This document shows positions 28,074 to 38,395 of a DNA stretch of 64,000 nt, piece after piece. The notes beneath the pieces were generated by a model that saw only the letters and a list, made by a program, of their open reading frames with translations, was not told where the DNA came from and did not search any database. Numbering within the stretch: the stretch's first letter is position 1; each line of letters opens with the position of its first letter. Source of the DNA: Candidatus Saccharimonadia bacterium (lineage in GTDB: Bacteria; Patescibacteriota; Saccharimonadia; CAILAD01; BJGX01); assembly GCA_039738635.1 (NCBI GenBank), contig JBCLLN010000001.1:42806-106805 (forward strand). Reading direction: 5' to 3'. The position numbers were made by a program, and so were the translations under genes.

Positions 28074-28173
28074 GGTTAGCTCAAAATGTATAAACGCCCG
28101 ATGATACAATTGCCAGCCTACTCTAGGCTATAAGAGTGCTAATATTTATTAGCTTGGCCTAAAGTTACAGAAC

Positions 28174-29175
28174 TTAAAGAGCAGCTACTTTTGTAGCCTT
28201 GCTGGTGGCATGGGATAAGCCTAGTTTAGCAATAGTTAGGATGACACTCTCATAATCTAGCTGGCAATTTAGCCTGCAGGCTCTTGTAAAGTATCCCCCT
28301 CCCAGTCCTGGAGCTAGGTTGGCTTCAAGAAAGTGGAGCTGCCCATGGGCATCCATCCTAAAATCAATCCTGCCGTAATCGCGAGCTCCAAGTGCTACAA
28401 ATATTCGCTTAGCAAGCCTTTTGAGTTCTTCTTCTAGAAAGGCATCCCCGATTGCAATCACCTCTTCGGTATCTTCCGTTTTGACGTCCTTACAAAGTAT
28501 CCTATCTCCTCTGCAATTTTTGACAGTTATTAGCTCGACTGGCATAACAAGAGCATCCCCTCCGTTGCCTAGAATAGCAACGCTGAACTCTCGCCCAGTA
28601 AGGTAGGGCTCTACTAAGGCCTTGGTAGCAAATCTGGCATAGATTGATTCTACCTTGTCACAAAATGACGAGTAGTTGTGCACTACTGAGTCTTTATCGA
28701 TGCCCTTACTCCCACCGGAGGCAATAGGCTTAATAAAGAGCGGGTAATCTATCATGAGCTTGGCCTGAGGCCCGTATTGGCCTGGCAAGGCAGTAAAGTA
28801 AGGCGATGTTTGTAAGCCGGCTAGGGCTGCAGTAGTCTTAGCTAACTCCTTATTGACACTGATTCTTATGGCAGATTTATGAGAGCCGGTGTAATTAATG
28901 TTGTGCTCATCAAGATACTCAGATAACCACACATTGGATGGCACGAGGCTCTCGCTTGGATCTGTACGCACCATAGAGACACCCGCCATAATTAAATCTG
29001 GAGCTTTTAGTATTAATTCATCAATGTCTTGCAAACCATCAACAAAGCTAATGCCAACTTTTCTATACTTCTTAGAAAGTACAGAATATACCATTGCAAG
29101 AGTAGCTTTACTCATACCAGCAGCGCGAGCTCTATTAGTGCAGACTATTTCAATGTGTTTGTTGGTCTTGTTCAT
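28174..29175 (-). CDS. D-alanine-D-alanine ligase family ATP-grasp protein
   Basis: YTGS, FIKPIASGGSKGI, VEPYLTGREFSV, GRIDFR, LEANLAPG. Confidence 0.85.
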   Translation of the reverse strand: MNKTNKHIEIVCTNRARAAGMSKATLAMVYSVLSKKYRKVGISFVDGLQDIDELILKAPDLIMAGVSMVRTDPSESLVPSNVWLSEYLDEHNINYTGSHKSAIRISVNKELAKTTAALAGLQTSPYFTALPGQYGPQAKLMIDYPLFIKPIASGGSKGIDKDSVVHNYSSFCDKVESIYARFATKALVEPYLTGREFSVAILGNGGDALVMPVELITVKNCRGDRILCKDVKTEDTEEVIAIGDAFLEEELKRLAKRIFVALGARDYGRIDFRMDAHGQLHFLEANLAPGLGGGYFTRACRLNCQLDYESVILTIAKLGLSHATSKATKVAAL

Positions 29176-29486
29176 GATATTAATAAAGTACAATAAAATA
29201 GCCAGATGCAAGCTAAGTAGCTACACCTAAGTAACTATTACGAAAGTAATTATTATATATAATTATAGCAGATAAAGACTTAATTATCCATGGCCAGTAG
29301 CCGCTACTAGATAAGCTTAAAAAAAATTAGTAATACTATTTGTAATAAATCATAAAATCATGTATAATAAGCGAGTTCTTAGATACTATGCTGCTACGGC
29401 TCTAATGGATTAGGAAATTAATTAAGTTCTGGGTGCAGCTAAACAGCCGACAAAGCTGGGATTCACCAGAGAGATAAGAAGGAACT

Positions 29487-29744
29487 ATGGCAAAGAATCT
29501 ATTTGTTGGTTCACTCCCATGGAGTGTAAACGACGAGCAACTTGCTCAAATTTTTGCAGAGGCCGGTTCAGTTGATTCAGCTCGTGTTATCACAGAGCGA
29601 GACAGCGGCCGATCTAAGGGTTTCGGATTTGTGGAAATGGCTACCGATGAGGAAGCCAAAAAAGCAGTCGAAATGCTAAATGGCAAAGAACTTGAAGGCC
29701 GTGCTATCACAGTGAACGAAGCCCGACCACGCGAAGAGCGCTAA
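29487..29744 (+). CDS. RRM (RNP-1) RNA-binding protein
   Basis: LFVGSL (RNP2), RSKGFGFVEM (RNP1), VNEARPRE. Confidence 0.95.
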   Translation: MAKNLFVGSLPWSVNDEQLAQIFAEAGSVDSARVITERDSGRSKGFGFVEMATDEEAKKAVEMLNGKELEGRAITVNEARPREER

Positions 29745-29821
29745 AAGCGCTTTTAAAAATCAATCTACCCCGCTCTGGCTATATAGTTATCGGGGTTTTT
29801 TGATATGTATTTATTATGTAT

Positions 29822-31198
29822 TTATTGAGCTCTATGGACTAGTGTGCCCACCTGGGTATCACTGGCTACAAGGCCATGCTGACTTAAGAGTTTAGCTCGC
29901 AATGAATCTGAGAGACTAAAGTTCTTGTCTTTTCTTGCTAGCTCATAGCTATCTATCACTTCTAGCACTTCTGAGCTTAGTGGATTATCAACTATAATAC
30001 CAAGCCCCATAATATCATCTACCAGCCTCATAGCTTCCCTGGCGTCAACTGTATAGACCTTGCCTTCTATTAGGCGGAGTGCCGAGAGAGCCTTGGGGGT
30101 ATTAAGGTCATCACTAAGGGCCTGCTTAAACTCGGTGATGAACTGCTTAGTTTTTCCTGTATCATCAGCTTCTGGTAACTGCCCTACCCTAGCTAGCATT
30201 AGCTGGTCGGTGTAGGTGCGGATATTTTTAAGGCGCTCCTCTGCCGAGCTAATATCAGCTAAACAAAAGTCCATTTGGCTACGATAGTGAGCGCTGAGAA
30301 TTAAATACCTGAGGGCCATAGGGTCATTGATATCCTTAAGGGTCATGATATTGCCAAGTGATTTGCTCATTTTCTGAGACTTAATACTAAGATGCTCATT
30401 GTGAATATAATAATTAGCCTGCGTACCGCCACATTGAGCAAGCTCGTTCTCGTGATGTGGGAACTTCAAATCAACCCCCCCAGTATGAATATCAAATGGC
30501 TGACCCAAGAACTCCGTACTCATAGCCGAGCACTCTATATGCCAGCCTGGTCGGCCTGGATAATTTTTGCCAGAGATATTAAAATCCCAGAATGGCTCCC
30601 CTGGTTTGTGTGCTTTCCAGAGTACAAAGTCAGCCACTCCTTCTTTTTGATCCTGATCGTTGGTGACACGCGCCCTGGCACTAAAATCCAAGCTAACTAG
30701 CCTTCCATAGGTCTTTCCAGAGGCGATGTAATTTTTGACACTAAAATAGACACTTCCATCGGATACATATCCTATGCCATCGCTAATCAATTGGGTAATG
30801 ATGGTTTGAATGGGCGCAATGAAGTCAGTGGCCCTTGGCAAGTGGCTTATATCGTCTCGCCTAATACCGACCTTTTCGATATCATCAAGGAATATGTCAG
30901 TATACTTATCGGCTAATTTATTGATGGCATCAAGAGGCTCTTGGTTGGGGTAACTCTCGGAGGCTCTAGCTATCATCCTGTCGTCAATATCAGTAATATT
31001 CATGACCCAATCAACATTAAGACCCTCTAGCCTAGCTAGCACTCTCTGTAATAGGTCGGGCATTAAAAAGGCCCTAATGTTTCCGGCATGAATACGATCA
31101 TAGACAGTTGGTCCACAGCTATAAATACTTGCACTACCGGGGTTAATGGGTATAAAATCTTGCTTCTTATTGGTCAGCGAGTTGTAAAGCTTTAGCAT
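29822..31198 (-). CDS. cysS: Cysteinyl-tRNA synthetase
   Basis: CGPTVY..HAGN, NITDIDD, GRPGWHIECSAM, FPHHENE, KMSKS. Confidence 0.96.
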   Translation of the reverse strand: MLKLYNSLTNKKQDFIPINPGSASIYSCGPTVYDRIHAGNIRAFLMPDLLQRVLARLEGLNVDWVMNITDIDDRMIARASESYPNQEPLDAINKLADKYTDIFLDDIEKVGIRRDDISHLPRATDFIAPIQTIITQLISDGIGYVSDGSVYFSVKNYIASGKTYGRLVSLDFSARARVTNDQDQKEGVADFVLWKAHKPGEPFWDFNISGKNYPGRPGWHIECSAMSTEFLGQPFDIHTGGVDLKFPHHENELAQCGGTQANYYIHNEHLSIKSQKMSKSLGNIMTLKDINDPMALRYLILSAHYRSQMDFCLADISSAEERLKNIRTYTDQLMLARVGQLPEADDTGKTKQFITEFKQALSDDLNTPKALSALRLIEGKVYTVDAREAMRLVDDIMGLGIIVDNPLSSEVLEVIDSYELARKDKNFSLSDSLRAKLLSQHGLVASDTQVGTLVHRAQ

Positions 31199-31201
31199 AT
31201 G

Positions 31202-31741
31202 TTAGTTATTATAAACCTTTCGAAGTACTTCTGCTGTAAGCTGGCAATCTTCTAGGGCATTATGTAGATTGCGCTTGGGCAGACCTAAAAATTCAAATGT
31301 CTGCTCGGAGCGCACTATATCTCCTCTGCCCTGACCTACCAAATGCATATAAGCTAGGCTCCAAATATCTAGATAGTGATAATCGTGCTCATAAATATCC
31401 TTGCCAATCCCACCAAGCATTCTACCAAGCATGCAGTGGTCAAGCATTTCGTTCCAGCTTGCCAGATAGACATCGGTGCCAAACTTTTCTAGAAATTGAT
31501 TAATTACTTCATCTTGGCTTGGAGAATTTTGTAGGTTTTCTTGTGTGATGCCATGTATCTTGGCTGACTCAGGGCTCATGCCGCTTAAGTCCTGCTTTAT
31601 AAAGCTCAGAAAATTATCTTGCTCTACTAAACTCTCTTTGTTGAGTAGTACTGCTCCAAGCTGAATAGGTAACGATTTTTTTAGGTCCAGCCCGGTAGTT
31701 TCAAAATCAATTATCAGTATGTCTTTACTAAAACCCTTCAT
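31202..31741 (-). CDS. DEDDh 3'-5' exonuclease (DnaQ-like)
   Basis: DFETTG, IHGI, HNALED. Confidence 0.88.
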   Translation of the reverse strand: MKGFSKDILIIDFETTGLDLKKSLPIQLGAVLLNKESLVEQDNFLSFIKQDLSGMSPESAKIHGITQENLQNSPSQDEVINQFLEKFGTDVYLASWNEMLDHCMLGRMLGGIGKDIYEHDYHYLDIWSLAYMHLVGQGRGDIVRSEQTFEFLGLPKRNLHNALEDCQLTAEVLRKVYNN

Positions 31742-32341
31742 CTAGAACGCCTGCCTGTTATCAAGTGCTCGGCTTAAGGTTAGCTGGTCGGCGTACTCTA
31801 AATCACCACCTATTGGTAGCCCATGGGCGAGTTTGCTGATTTTACCTTGATAGCCCTGGTCTTGAAGTTTGCGAGATATATAGATTGATGTTGTCTCACC
31901 TTCTATATTGGGGTTGGTAGCTAGAATTATTTCTTCTGGCTCTACAACGGCTACCCTATCTAGCAGGCTTTGAATCTCTAAATCGTCTGGGCCTACTCCA
32001 TCGATGGGGCTAATTACTCCATGCAGAATATGGTATTGCCCCCTAAATAGTCCGGTTCTCTCAATAGCGACTATATCCATAGGGCCCGAGACGACAGCAA
32101 TTAGCTCTGGGCTCCTAGTGGTGCTGGTGCAAATTGGGCAGAGCTCACCAGTGGCATAGTTCTTACAAGAAGAGCATCTTTGTAGGCCCTTGTTTAGATC
32201 CAGCATAACCTTGCCAAACTGATCTACATCACCACTGGCTAACAAATAAAACACCAGCCTTTCTGCTGACTTAGAGCCAATAGATGGAAGCTTTGCGAAC
32301 TCATCGATGAGATTAGTGATATTGTCGGGCAGTATTTGCAT
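31742..32341 (-). CDS. recR: Recombination protein RecR
   Basis: LPSIGSKSAERL, C4 zinc finger, TOPRIM ATNPNIEGETT, GGDLEYAD. Confidence 0.96.
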   Translation of the reverse strand: MQILPDNITNLIDEFAKLPSIGSKSAERLVFYLLASGDVDQFGKVMLDLNKGLQRCSSCKNYATGELCPICTSTTRSPELIAVVSGPMDIVAIERTGLFRGQYHILHGVISPIDGVGPDDLEIQSLLDRVAVVEPEEIILATNPNIEGETTSIYISRKLQDQGYQGKISKLAHGLPIGGDLEYADQLTLSRALDNRQAF

Positions 32342-32346
32342 CTTTG

Positions 32347-32655
32347 CTACATACCAGGCAACTTCATACTGCCAGCTATCTCTTGCATTTTAGTTGTGGC
32401 CTCTGCCATAAGTTCTTTATTGGCCTGATTAACTGCTGCCATGATAAGCTCTGACAATCTATCGAGATCTTCGGCTAAATCTGGCTGAATTTCAATCTTC
32501 CTTATCTCAACATTCATGCTTGTCTGGCTAATAGCTAGCCCTGCGGTAACTACTACCTCGCCGTCACCAGCTTCAGCTTCTATTTGCATTCGCTTCAAGT
32601 CTTTTTGTAATTTAAGGGCTTTTTGGGCTAATTTAGCTTTTTCTATCATTGACAT
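32347..32655 (-). CDS. ybaB: YbaB/EbfC nucleoid-associated protein
   Basis: Size, position upstream of recR, EAGDGEVVV and IMAAVNQA. Confidence 0.85.
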   Translation of the reverse strand: MSMIEKAKLAQKALKLQKDLKRMQIEAEAGDGEVVVTAGLAISQTSMNVEIRKIEIQPDLAEDLDRLSELIMAAVNQANKELMAEATTKMQEIAGSMKLPGM

Positions 32656-32688
32656 ATTGATACTCCTTTTGTTACTGATTAATACTCT

Positions 32689-34191
32689 CTATTGTATCTG
32701 ATAAAGCCTGGCTTCGCTATATCCCCCGCGATATGACTGCTTAAGCACCCAACTAGGCGGCACAGAATCATAATAATCATGCTGGCCAGTCTTGCCAATC
32801 AGCCAGACTCTGCCTGGTGGCAAGCTAGTAAATGAGTCCGTATAGACACCCTTATCGTAGAGGAGCCCAGACTCACCATAGCCATTAGGCCTACCATTAT
32901 GGGTATAGAGTAGTATTCTAGAGCCAGTTTGATTATAAAAGCTTGAATCAAAATATGTATAGAGCTCAGCTGAGATTATGCTATCACCTGGCAAATACTG
33001 CTGATTTAGGGCATCCATTACATTACCCATCTGATGATTACCCTGGGAGTAAACATTTCTAATCCCCACGAGCTGTAAGGATATAACTACCAGAGCCAGC
33101 GCTACTGCAACTGCGCGATGTTTTTTCACAAGCGAGCTAAAATAAATTGCTAGCAACATACAAACGCTAAGCGCACTAAAAACAAAATAGCGCTGATGGA
33201 AGACCGGCTTGACTAGCGAAATTACAATGACAGATAAAATTGGTAAAAGCGTAAAAATAGCTAGAAGCCGAACAAAGCGCTCCTTAGACTTGTCTAAAAT
33301 GGAAATATATAGGATAGCTGCCAAAACCCCCAGCGGCAGCACCCAATAAGAGATGGGGCCAATCAAGTGCGCGTCAGTAAAAGTAAAAAACTGCCAAATG
33401 GTGTCATTAAAAGTAGCGATGGATGTCTTAGATAGCCAGCCTAGCCCTTGACCGCTAGTAATTTGATTAATCATATTCGGTATCCACGGCAAAAAGATAA
33501 TCACTGCTAAAACATTAGCTCCCCACCAGCGCCAATCTGAGAGTAGTTTTATTTTCTTATTGCCTTTTACAATATAGAGGCTAGCCACATATAGCCAAAA
33601 GCTAGCTACCACTAGAACCGTAAAGTAATGGGTATAAAGACCAGCCGATATTCCAAGAATATACAATGCGTACCCTAGCCAACGATTATTACGACGGACT
33701 ATCATAATAAGTCCTAGCATAGCTACCAACATAAATACTCCCAGCACACCATACATTCTAGCTTCCTGGCTATAGCGAATCAAGAAAGGGTTAAGCGCTA
33801 GGATAACTCCAGCTAGTGCGGCAATATTATGTCGCTTAGTAATTTTATCAACTATTAAGTAGCCTAGCCCCACTACCGCAACTCCACATACAGCGCTTAA
33901 AGATCGCAGCGCAAGGGCTGAATTACCAAATATCACCGACCAGCCATGCAGTAGCTCGTAGTAGAGCGGTGGATGCACATCCCTAGCTGAACCAAGCCAA
34001 ATACCTAGCCAGTCCCTACTTGCCAACATAGCACTATATCCTTCATCGTGCCAAATGCTCGACTTTGTAATCCCAACCCACCGAGCGGTAACTGCCAAGA
34101 CTATAATTACACCAAACACCAAAACCCAATGCTCATTAAGATATTTACTAAACCTACTAGATGAATTAGATTTAATTTTTGTATTGGCCAC
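32689..34191 (-). CDS. GT-C (PMT/GT39-like) membrane glycosyltransferase
   Basis: SIWHDE, DVHPPLYY, YSQEARMY, multiple TMs; probable GTG start at 34191. Confidence 0.85.
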   Translation of the reverse strand: MANTKIKSNSSSRFSKYLNEHWVLVFGVIIVLAVTARWVGITKSSIWHDEGYSAMLASRDWLGIWLGSARDVHPPLYYELLHGWSVIFGNSALALRSLSAVCGVAVVGLGYLIVDKITKRHNIAALAGVILALNPFLIRYSQEARMYGVLGVFMLVAMLGLIMIVRRNNRWLGYALYILGISAGLYTHYFTVLVVASFWLYVASLYIVKGNKKIKLLSDWRWWGANVLAVIIFLPWIPNMINQITSGQGLGWLSKTSIATFNDTIWQFFTFTDAHLIGPISYWVLPLGVLAAILYISILDKSKERFVRLLAIFTLLPILSVIVISLVKPVFHQRYFVFSALSVCMLLAIYFSSLVKKHRAVAVALALVVISLQLVGIRNVYSQGNHQMGNVMDALNQQYLPGDSIISAELYTYFDSSFYNQTGSRILLYTHNGRPNGYGESGLLYDKGVYTDSFTSLPPGRVWLIGKTGQHDYYDSVPPSWVLKQSYRGGYSEARLYQIQ

Positions 34192-34912
34192 GGAGTATCT
34201 GCCAGCGAATTTTAAGCAAATCACCAAAGGTCTGCACTGATGCCTTAATGGGTGAGCTACCGCTAATTTTACTGCCTTCCTTGACATCTTTCCAGTCAGG
34301 AACATCAATAAGCCCGATACTCATGCCCTTCTTTCGCGCAATAGCTAGTATTTCCATATCAAATCCCCAGCTCTCGATGGTCTGGAGCGGGAATATAATA
34401 TCTGCCGACTCCTTAGTGAAAGCCTTAAACCCACATTGGGTGTCTTTAATACCAGGCAAGAGCAATGTCTGCACTAGCATATTGCCAGTACTAGAAATGA
34501 TTTTACGAAGACCCTTGTGGCTGGCCTGGAGATTCCTAACACATATTGCTACCTGCTTGCCAGAGCCCAGCAGACTAATGGCGTCATCAATATACTTCAG
34601 TGGAGTAGCGAGATCGGCATCCATAAACAACACATACTTGCCCTTAGCTTTGAGCATTCCTTTTTTAACTTGTAGGCCCTTTATAAACTTGTCTTTTGGT
34701 TTGGGTCCTACATTAATTACCTCAAGGTCATTAAATAACGAGCTGCGACTTTTTACTTCATCGACCGTACCATCGGGACTTCCGGCATCAATTATTAGTA
34801 CTTGGGCATTTATCTTAGAATGATCAAGGTATTTTGATAGTTTATCCAAAGTGGCGCCAATCCTGCCAGCCTCATTGTAGGTGGGTATGACAATACTTAG
34901 AAAAGTACTCAT
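34172..34912 (-). CDS. GT2 polyprenol-phosphate glycosyltransferase (DPG synthase-like)
   Basis: VIPTYNEA, FMDADLATP, DTQCGFKAF, WGFDMEIL. Confidence 0.9.
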   Translation of the reverse strand: MSTFLSIVIPTYNEAGRIGATLDKLSKYLDHSKINAQVLIIDAGSPDGTVDEVKSRSSLFNDLEVINVGPKPKDKFIKGLQVKKGMLKAKGKYVLFMDADLATPLKYIDDAISLLGSGKQVAICVRNLQASHKGLRKIISSTGNMLVQTLLLPGIKDTQCGFKAFTKESADIIFPLQTIESWGFDMEILAIARKKGMSIGLIDVPDWKDVKEGSKISGSSPIKASVQTFGDLLKIRWQILRGQYKN

Positions 34913-36471
34913 TGGCTAACCTCCACTGCGCTAAATAATAATTTGCCATTAAAGTCCGAGCGGATATCTATAACTTTAGCCTTTGGGAATTTGGCCTTGG
35001 TTAGCGTTATTAGCTTGTCGTGCTCATCGCCGGAGGAAATAATAATTAGCTTAGAGCCCCCAGATATTGGTAGCTCGGCTAGTTCTTGACTGCTTAGAAG
35101 CTGGTACTTAAGCTTCTTGTGGGTTAGGTATTGGATTGGATTGGCTTCATAGCCCCCCATAACGATATAATTAGCGGTGTTATTTTGTTGGCTCGTTATT
35201 AGGTATTTTGCGATCGTCACAGAGCCTTCATTGTAGGCCTCGTAGGTCTTAGGATCTTGGGCCCAGGCTACAAAGTACTGGCGATAGGCCAGCACTAGCG
35301 ATAACCCTAACAGTACGCATACAATTACTAACCCAAAGGTCCTGGCAAGCTTATTGATGGGGAAGGTCCTATACCAGATGAATAATAAATAATTAACTCC
35401 TACACCAGCTAAGATATAGACCGGCACAGCTGTGCCAATAGAGCGAAGGGCGTGGGGGAGTCCTTCGGCTGTCAATAGTGCTGGTAAAAGCATTGAACCA
35501 AACACAGCCAGCAATAATGCATAGCGAGGTTTATTAAAGTTAGTTAGGCATATTATAAGCCCCAGCAAGAACATAATACCCACAAATAAATTAAGTAGTG
35601 GCTGTCCTGCTAGATTATGGCGATTGTTTGCATCCCCCACATAGTGATATTGCAAAAGTGTCTTGGCAGTTCCGCTTAGGAGTGTTGGGATGGGCTGGCC
35701 ATTGTTGAGATCCTTATTAAGAAAGCTAGTCCCCCCAGTCCTTGCTGTAGAGCCGCCTGGATCCTTAAGTGTTGTAACAATCAGTGGCGTCATAACCAGC
35801 CCAAATACCACCAGGCTCAACACTAACTTCTTCCAGTGCTCCCCGAGCCACTTTCTGCGAAAAATTAGCATATAGATTGCACCCCCAAATATTGCCGTGA
35901 TAATCATTGCAAAGGCAGTGTAAGTATAAAAACCAAGCCCCAATGAGATGCCCGCTAAAACATAAAAAATAGCTTTATTGGTCTTATAGGCTTTGGCACC
36001 AAAGAGCATTACCAGCCCAATAAATAGTGGTACCAAGCTAGCCCTAAAGCCATCACGCTGAATAGTCACCACCCAAGGGCTAATGGCAAAAAGGAAGGCC
36101 GTAATAAGTGCTGTGCGGCGGCTAAACCACTCTTTAGTGGCAAAAAATATTACAATTACACTGAGTACTCCAAAGAGAGCTGGCGCGATTCTTAGGGCAA
36201 GAATAGTATTGCCCATAGCATACACGAAAATGGCTTGCAGATAAAAGAACAGTGCTTCCCTAGGCCCATTGGTGTCATATATTATTCTCCAGTCGCGGTT
36301 TTCTAAAATTCTAAAGATGTCTAGACCATTGGCTGCCTCGTCTGGATGAAGGCCTGGTGGTAGGCTATTGAGTTGATAGAATCTAAAAAACACTGCCAAT
36401 AATACAATTGCTAACAATAATATCCCTGACCAATATTTCTTAATAAAGTTTTGGATCTTATTTTTTTTCAT
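34909..36471 (-). CDS. GT-C (ArnT/PMT-like) membrane glycosyltransferase
   Basis: PPGLHPDEA, GPREALF, ALR, multiple TMs, PHALR. Confidence 0.85.
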   Translation of the reverse strand: MKKNKIQNFIKKYWSGILLLAIVLLAVFFRFYQLNSLPPGLHPDEAANGLDIFRILENRDWRIIYDTNGPREALFFYLQAIFVYAMGNTILALRIAPALFGVLSVIVIFFATKEWFSRRTALITAFLFAISPWVVTIQRDGFRASLVPLFIGLVMLFGAKAYKTNKAIFYVLAGISLGLGFYTYTAFAMIITAIFGGAIYMLIFRRKWLGEHWKKLVLSLVVFGLVMTPLIVTTLKDPGGSTARTGGTSFLNKDLNNGQPIPTLLSGTAKTLLQYHYVGDANNRHNLAGQPLLNLFVGIMFLLGLIICLTNFNKPRYALLLAVFGSMLLPALLTAEGLPHALRSIGTAVPVYILAGVGVNYLLFIWYRTFPINKLARTFGLVIVCVLLGLSLVLAYRQYFVAWAQDPKTYEAYNEGSVTIAKYLITSQQNNTANYIVMGGYEANPIQYLTHKKLKYQLLSSQELAELPISGGSKLIIISSGDEHDKLITLTKAKFPKAKVIDIRSDFNGKLLFSAVEVSQ

Positions 36472-36992
36472 CGCTTAAACACCAAATATTTATATGCTAG
36501 GTAGTTATAAACAAATACAATAGCGACTGCTCCAGCCAGGGCTACATTAGCAGTGTAGAAGGCTTGATCCATGGGTAAATATAATGCTTGACCAATAGAG
36601 TAGGCAACACTAGATGGCCATTGCCAACTCTGCGTGAAAAAACTCAAAATTGGTGGTCTTATGGCATAGAGCCCAAAGGTTGTAACAACAAAAAACATCA
36701 CAATGCCAGAGATTCCGACATTCTTAGACTTAAAAGTGAAACGCTGATTAAAAATAAAGCTATTAATCATCGCCAATGTGCCAGAAATTACTCCAGCAAT
36801 TATCAGTCCGGTTATGGCTAGGCCAAAGATACTAAAAAATTCTTCATTTTGTGGCAAAGTGGTGCGAATTAGGATATTTAATACTGAAAAATCTATTAAG
36901 GTATTGAGCACCCCAACTAAACCAAAGCGACCAACTTGGGCCACCTCAGAGTGTTTTGGAGAAGATTTAGATTTTAGATTTTTATCACTCAT
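36468..36992 (-). CDS. GtrA family flippase-like protein
   Basis: RFGLVGVLNTLIDF, SFIFNQRFTF, YNYLAYKYLVF. Confidence 0.85.
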   Translation of the reverse strand: MSDKNLKSKSSPKHSEVAQVGRFGLVGVLNTLIDFSVLNILIRTTLPQNEEFFSIFGLAITGLIIAGVISGTLAMINSFIFNQRFTFKSKNVGISGIVMFFVVTTFGLYAIRPPILSFFTQSWQWPSSVAYSIGQALYLPMDQAFYTANVALAGAVAIVFVYNYLAYKYLVFKR

Positions 36993-37039
36993 AACACTTA
37001 TGTATTTATTATACCCCACACTAGCTAGATGCCCTATAG

Positions 37040-38395
37040 CTAGTTTTTAGCTCTATCAATAGACCTAAAAAGCGTCTGCTCGGGTTGGAAAAATAGTTCT
37101 ACATTACCCGTTGGGCCATTGCGGTGTTTTTTGATGAGTATATCGGCGATGTTTTTCTTGTCTGTTTCTTTATCATAGTAATCCTCTCTATAAATAAACA
37201 TCACTACATCGGCATCCTGCTCGATAGATCCAGAGTCGCGTAAGTCTGATAGCTGGGGAATCTTAGGCGAGCGTTGCTCGACAGAACGCGATAACTGCGA
37301 TAGTGCGATAACGGGCACATTAAGCTCACGGGCAAGGCCTTTGAGCCCACGGGTGATCTCGGAAATTTCTTGCACCCGGTTTTCACCAGAATTACGCCCA
37401 CTCATTAGCTGTAAGTAATCAATTACAAGTAGCCCTAGGTCATGTTCGGACTGTAAGCGTCTAGCCTTAGTGCGCATCTCCATAACATTAGCCATAGCTG
37501 AATCATCAATAAATATTGGTGCCTCTGCCAAAATCCCCATAGCCTTATTAATTTTTTCAAAATCCTTATCTTCGAGGTTACCTGTTCGTAATTTCCAGCT
37601 ATCTATCCCCGCCTCAGATGCTAGTAGGCGGTCTATTAATTGCTCCTTACTCATCTCTAGACTAAATACACCAACCGGTACGCCTTCCTTGGTGGCGACA
37701 TTTTGGGCAATATTAAGCGCTAAGCTGGTCTTGCCCATACTAGGACGAGCAGCAATTATAATTAAATCGGACTTTTGAAGGCCAGCTAGGATATTATCAA
37801 TTCCTTTAAAACCAGTAGGGACTCCCCGCAGACTGCCCTTGTCCTTGTGCAAGCTATCGAGCCTATCAAAGCTCTCTACGAGCACATCTTTGATGGATAC
37901 AAAGTTTTGGCGGAGGTGCTTTTGGCTAACATCAAAGAGTGTTTTTTCGGCATTGTCTAATAATGTATCAAGCTGCTGATCCTCATCGTAGGCCATGGTG
38001 TTAATTTGGCTGGCTGCTTCAATTAACCTCCTGAGAGTGGCTTTCTGGGCAACAATTTGGGCATACTGTATGACATGGGAGGCTGTAGGAACGCCATTAA
38101 CTAGCTCTGTTAAATAGCTAGCCCCCCCAATGTCTTTGAGCGCTGATTGTTTTTCTAATTGTTCCGATAGGGTCACGATATCTACAGGCTCGCGTTTTTC
38201 ATATAGCCGCAAAATAGCTTCAAATATTAAGCCATTTTTTTCAACATAAAAATCACCAATATGCACGATGTCGGCTATTTTTATGATGGCATCCTTATCT
38301 AGCAATAATGAGCCCACTAGGCTAGCCTCGGCCTGTGGATTCTGGGGTGGTAGCTTAGCGCTAAGCACATCCTTGACACTGATATTTTTAGCCAT
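37040..38395 (-). CDS. dnaB: Replicative DNA helicase
   Basis: ARPSMGKT, FSLEMS, IDYLQL, LSQLSR, DLRDSGSIEQDAD; no intein. Confidence 0.97.
   Translation of the reverse strand: MAKNISVKDVLSAKLPPQNPQAEASLVGSLLLDKDAIIKIADIVHIGDFYVEKNGLIFEAILRLYEKREPVDIVTLSEQLEKQSALKDIGGASYLTELVNGVPTASHVIQYAQIVAQKATLRRLIEAASQINTMAYDEDQQLDTLLDNAEKTLFDVSQKHLRQNFVSIKDVLVESFDRLDSLHKDKGSLRGVPTGFKGIDNILAGLQKSDLIIIAARPSMGKTSLALNIAQNVATKEGVPVGVFSLEMSKEQLIDRLLASEAGIDSWKLRTGNLEDKDFEKINKAMGILAEAPIFIDDSAMANVMEMRTKARRLQSEHDLGLLVIDYLQLMSGRNSGENRVQEISEITRGLKGLARELNVPVIALSQLSRSVEQRSPKIPQLSDLRDSGSIEQDADVVMFIYREDYYDKETDKKNIADILIKKHRNGPTGNVELFFQPEQTLFRSIDRAKN

Noticed and set aside
37040-38395. Intein in DnaB
   Set aside because: Normal 451-aa length with contiguous motifs
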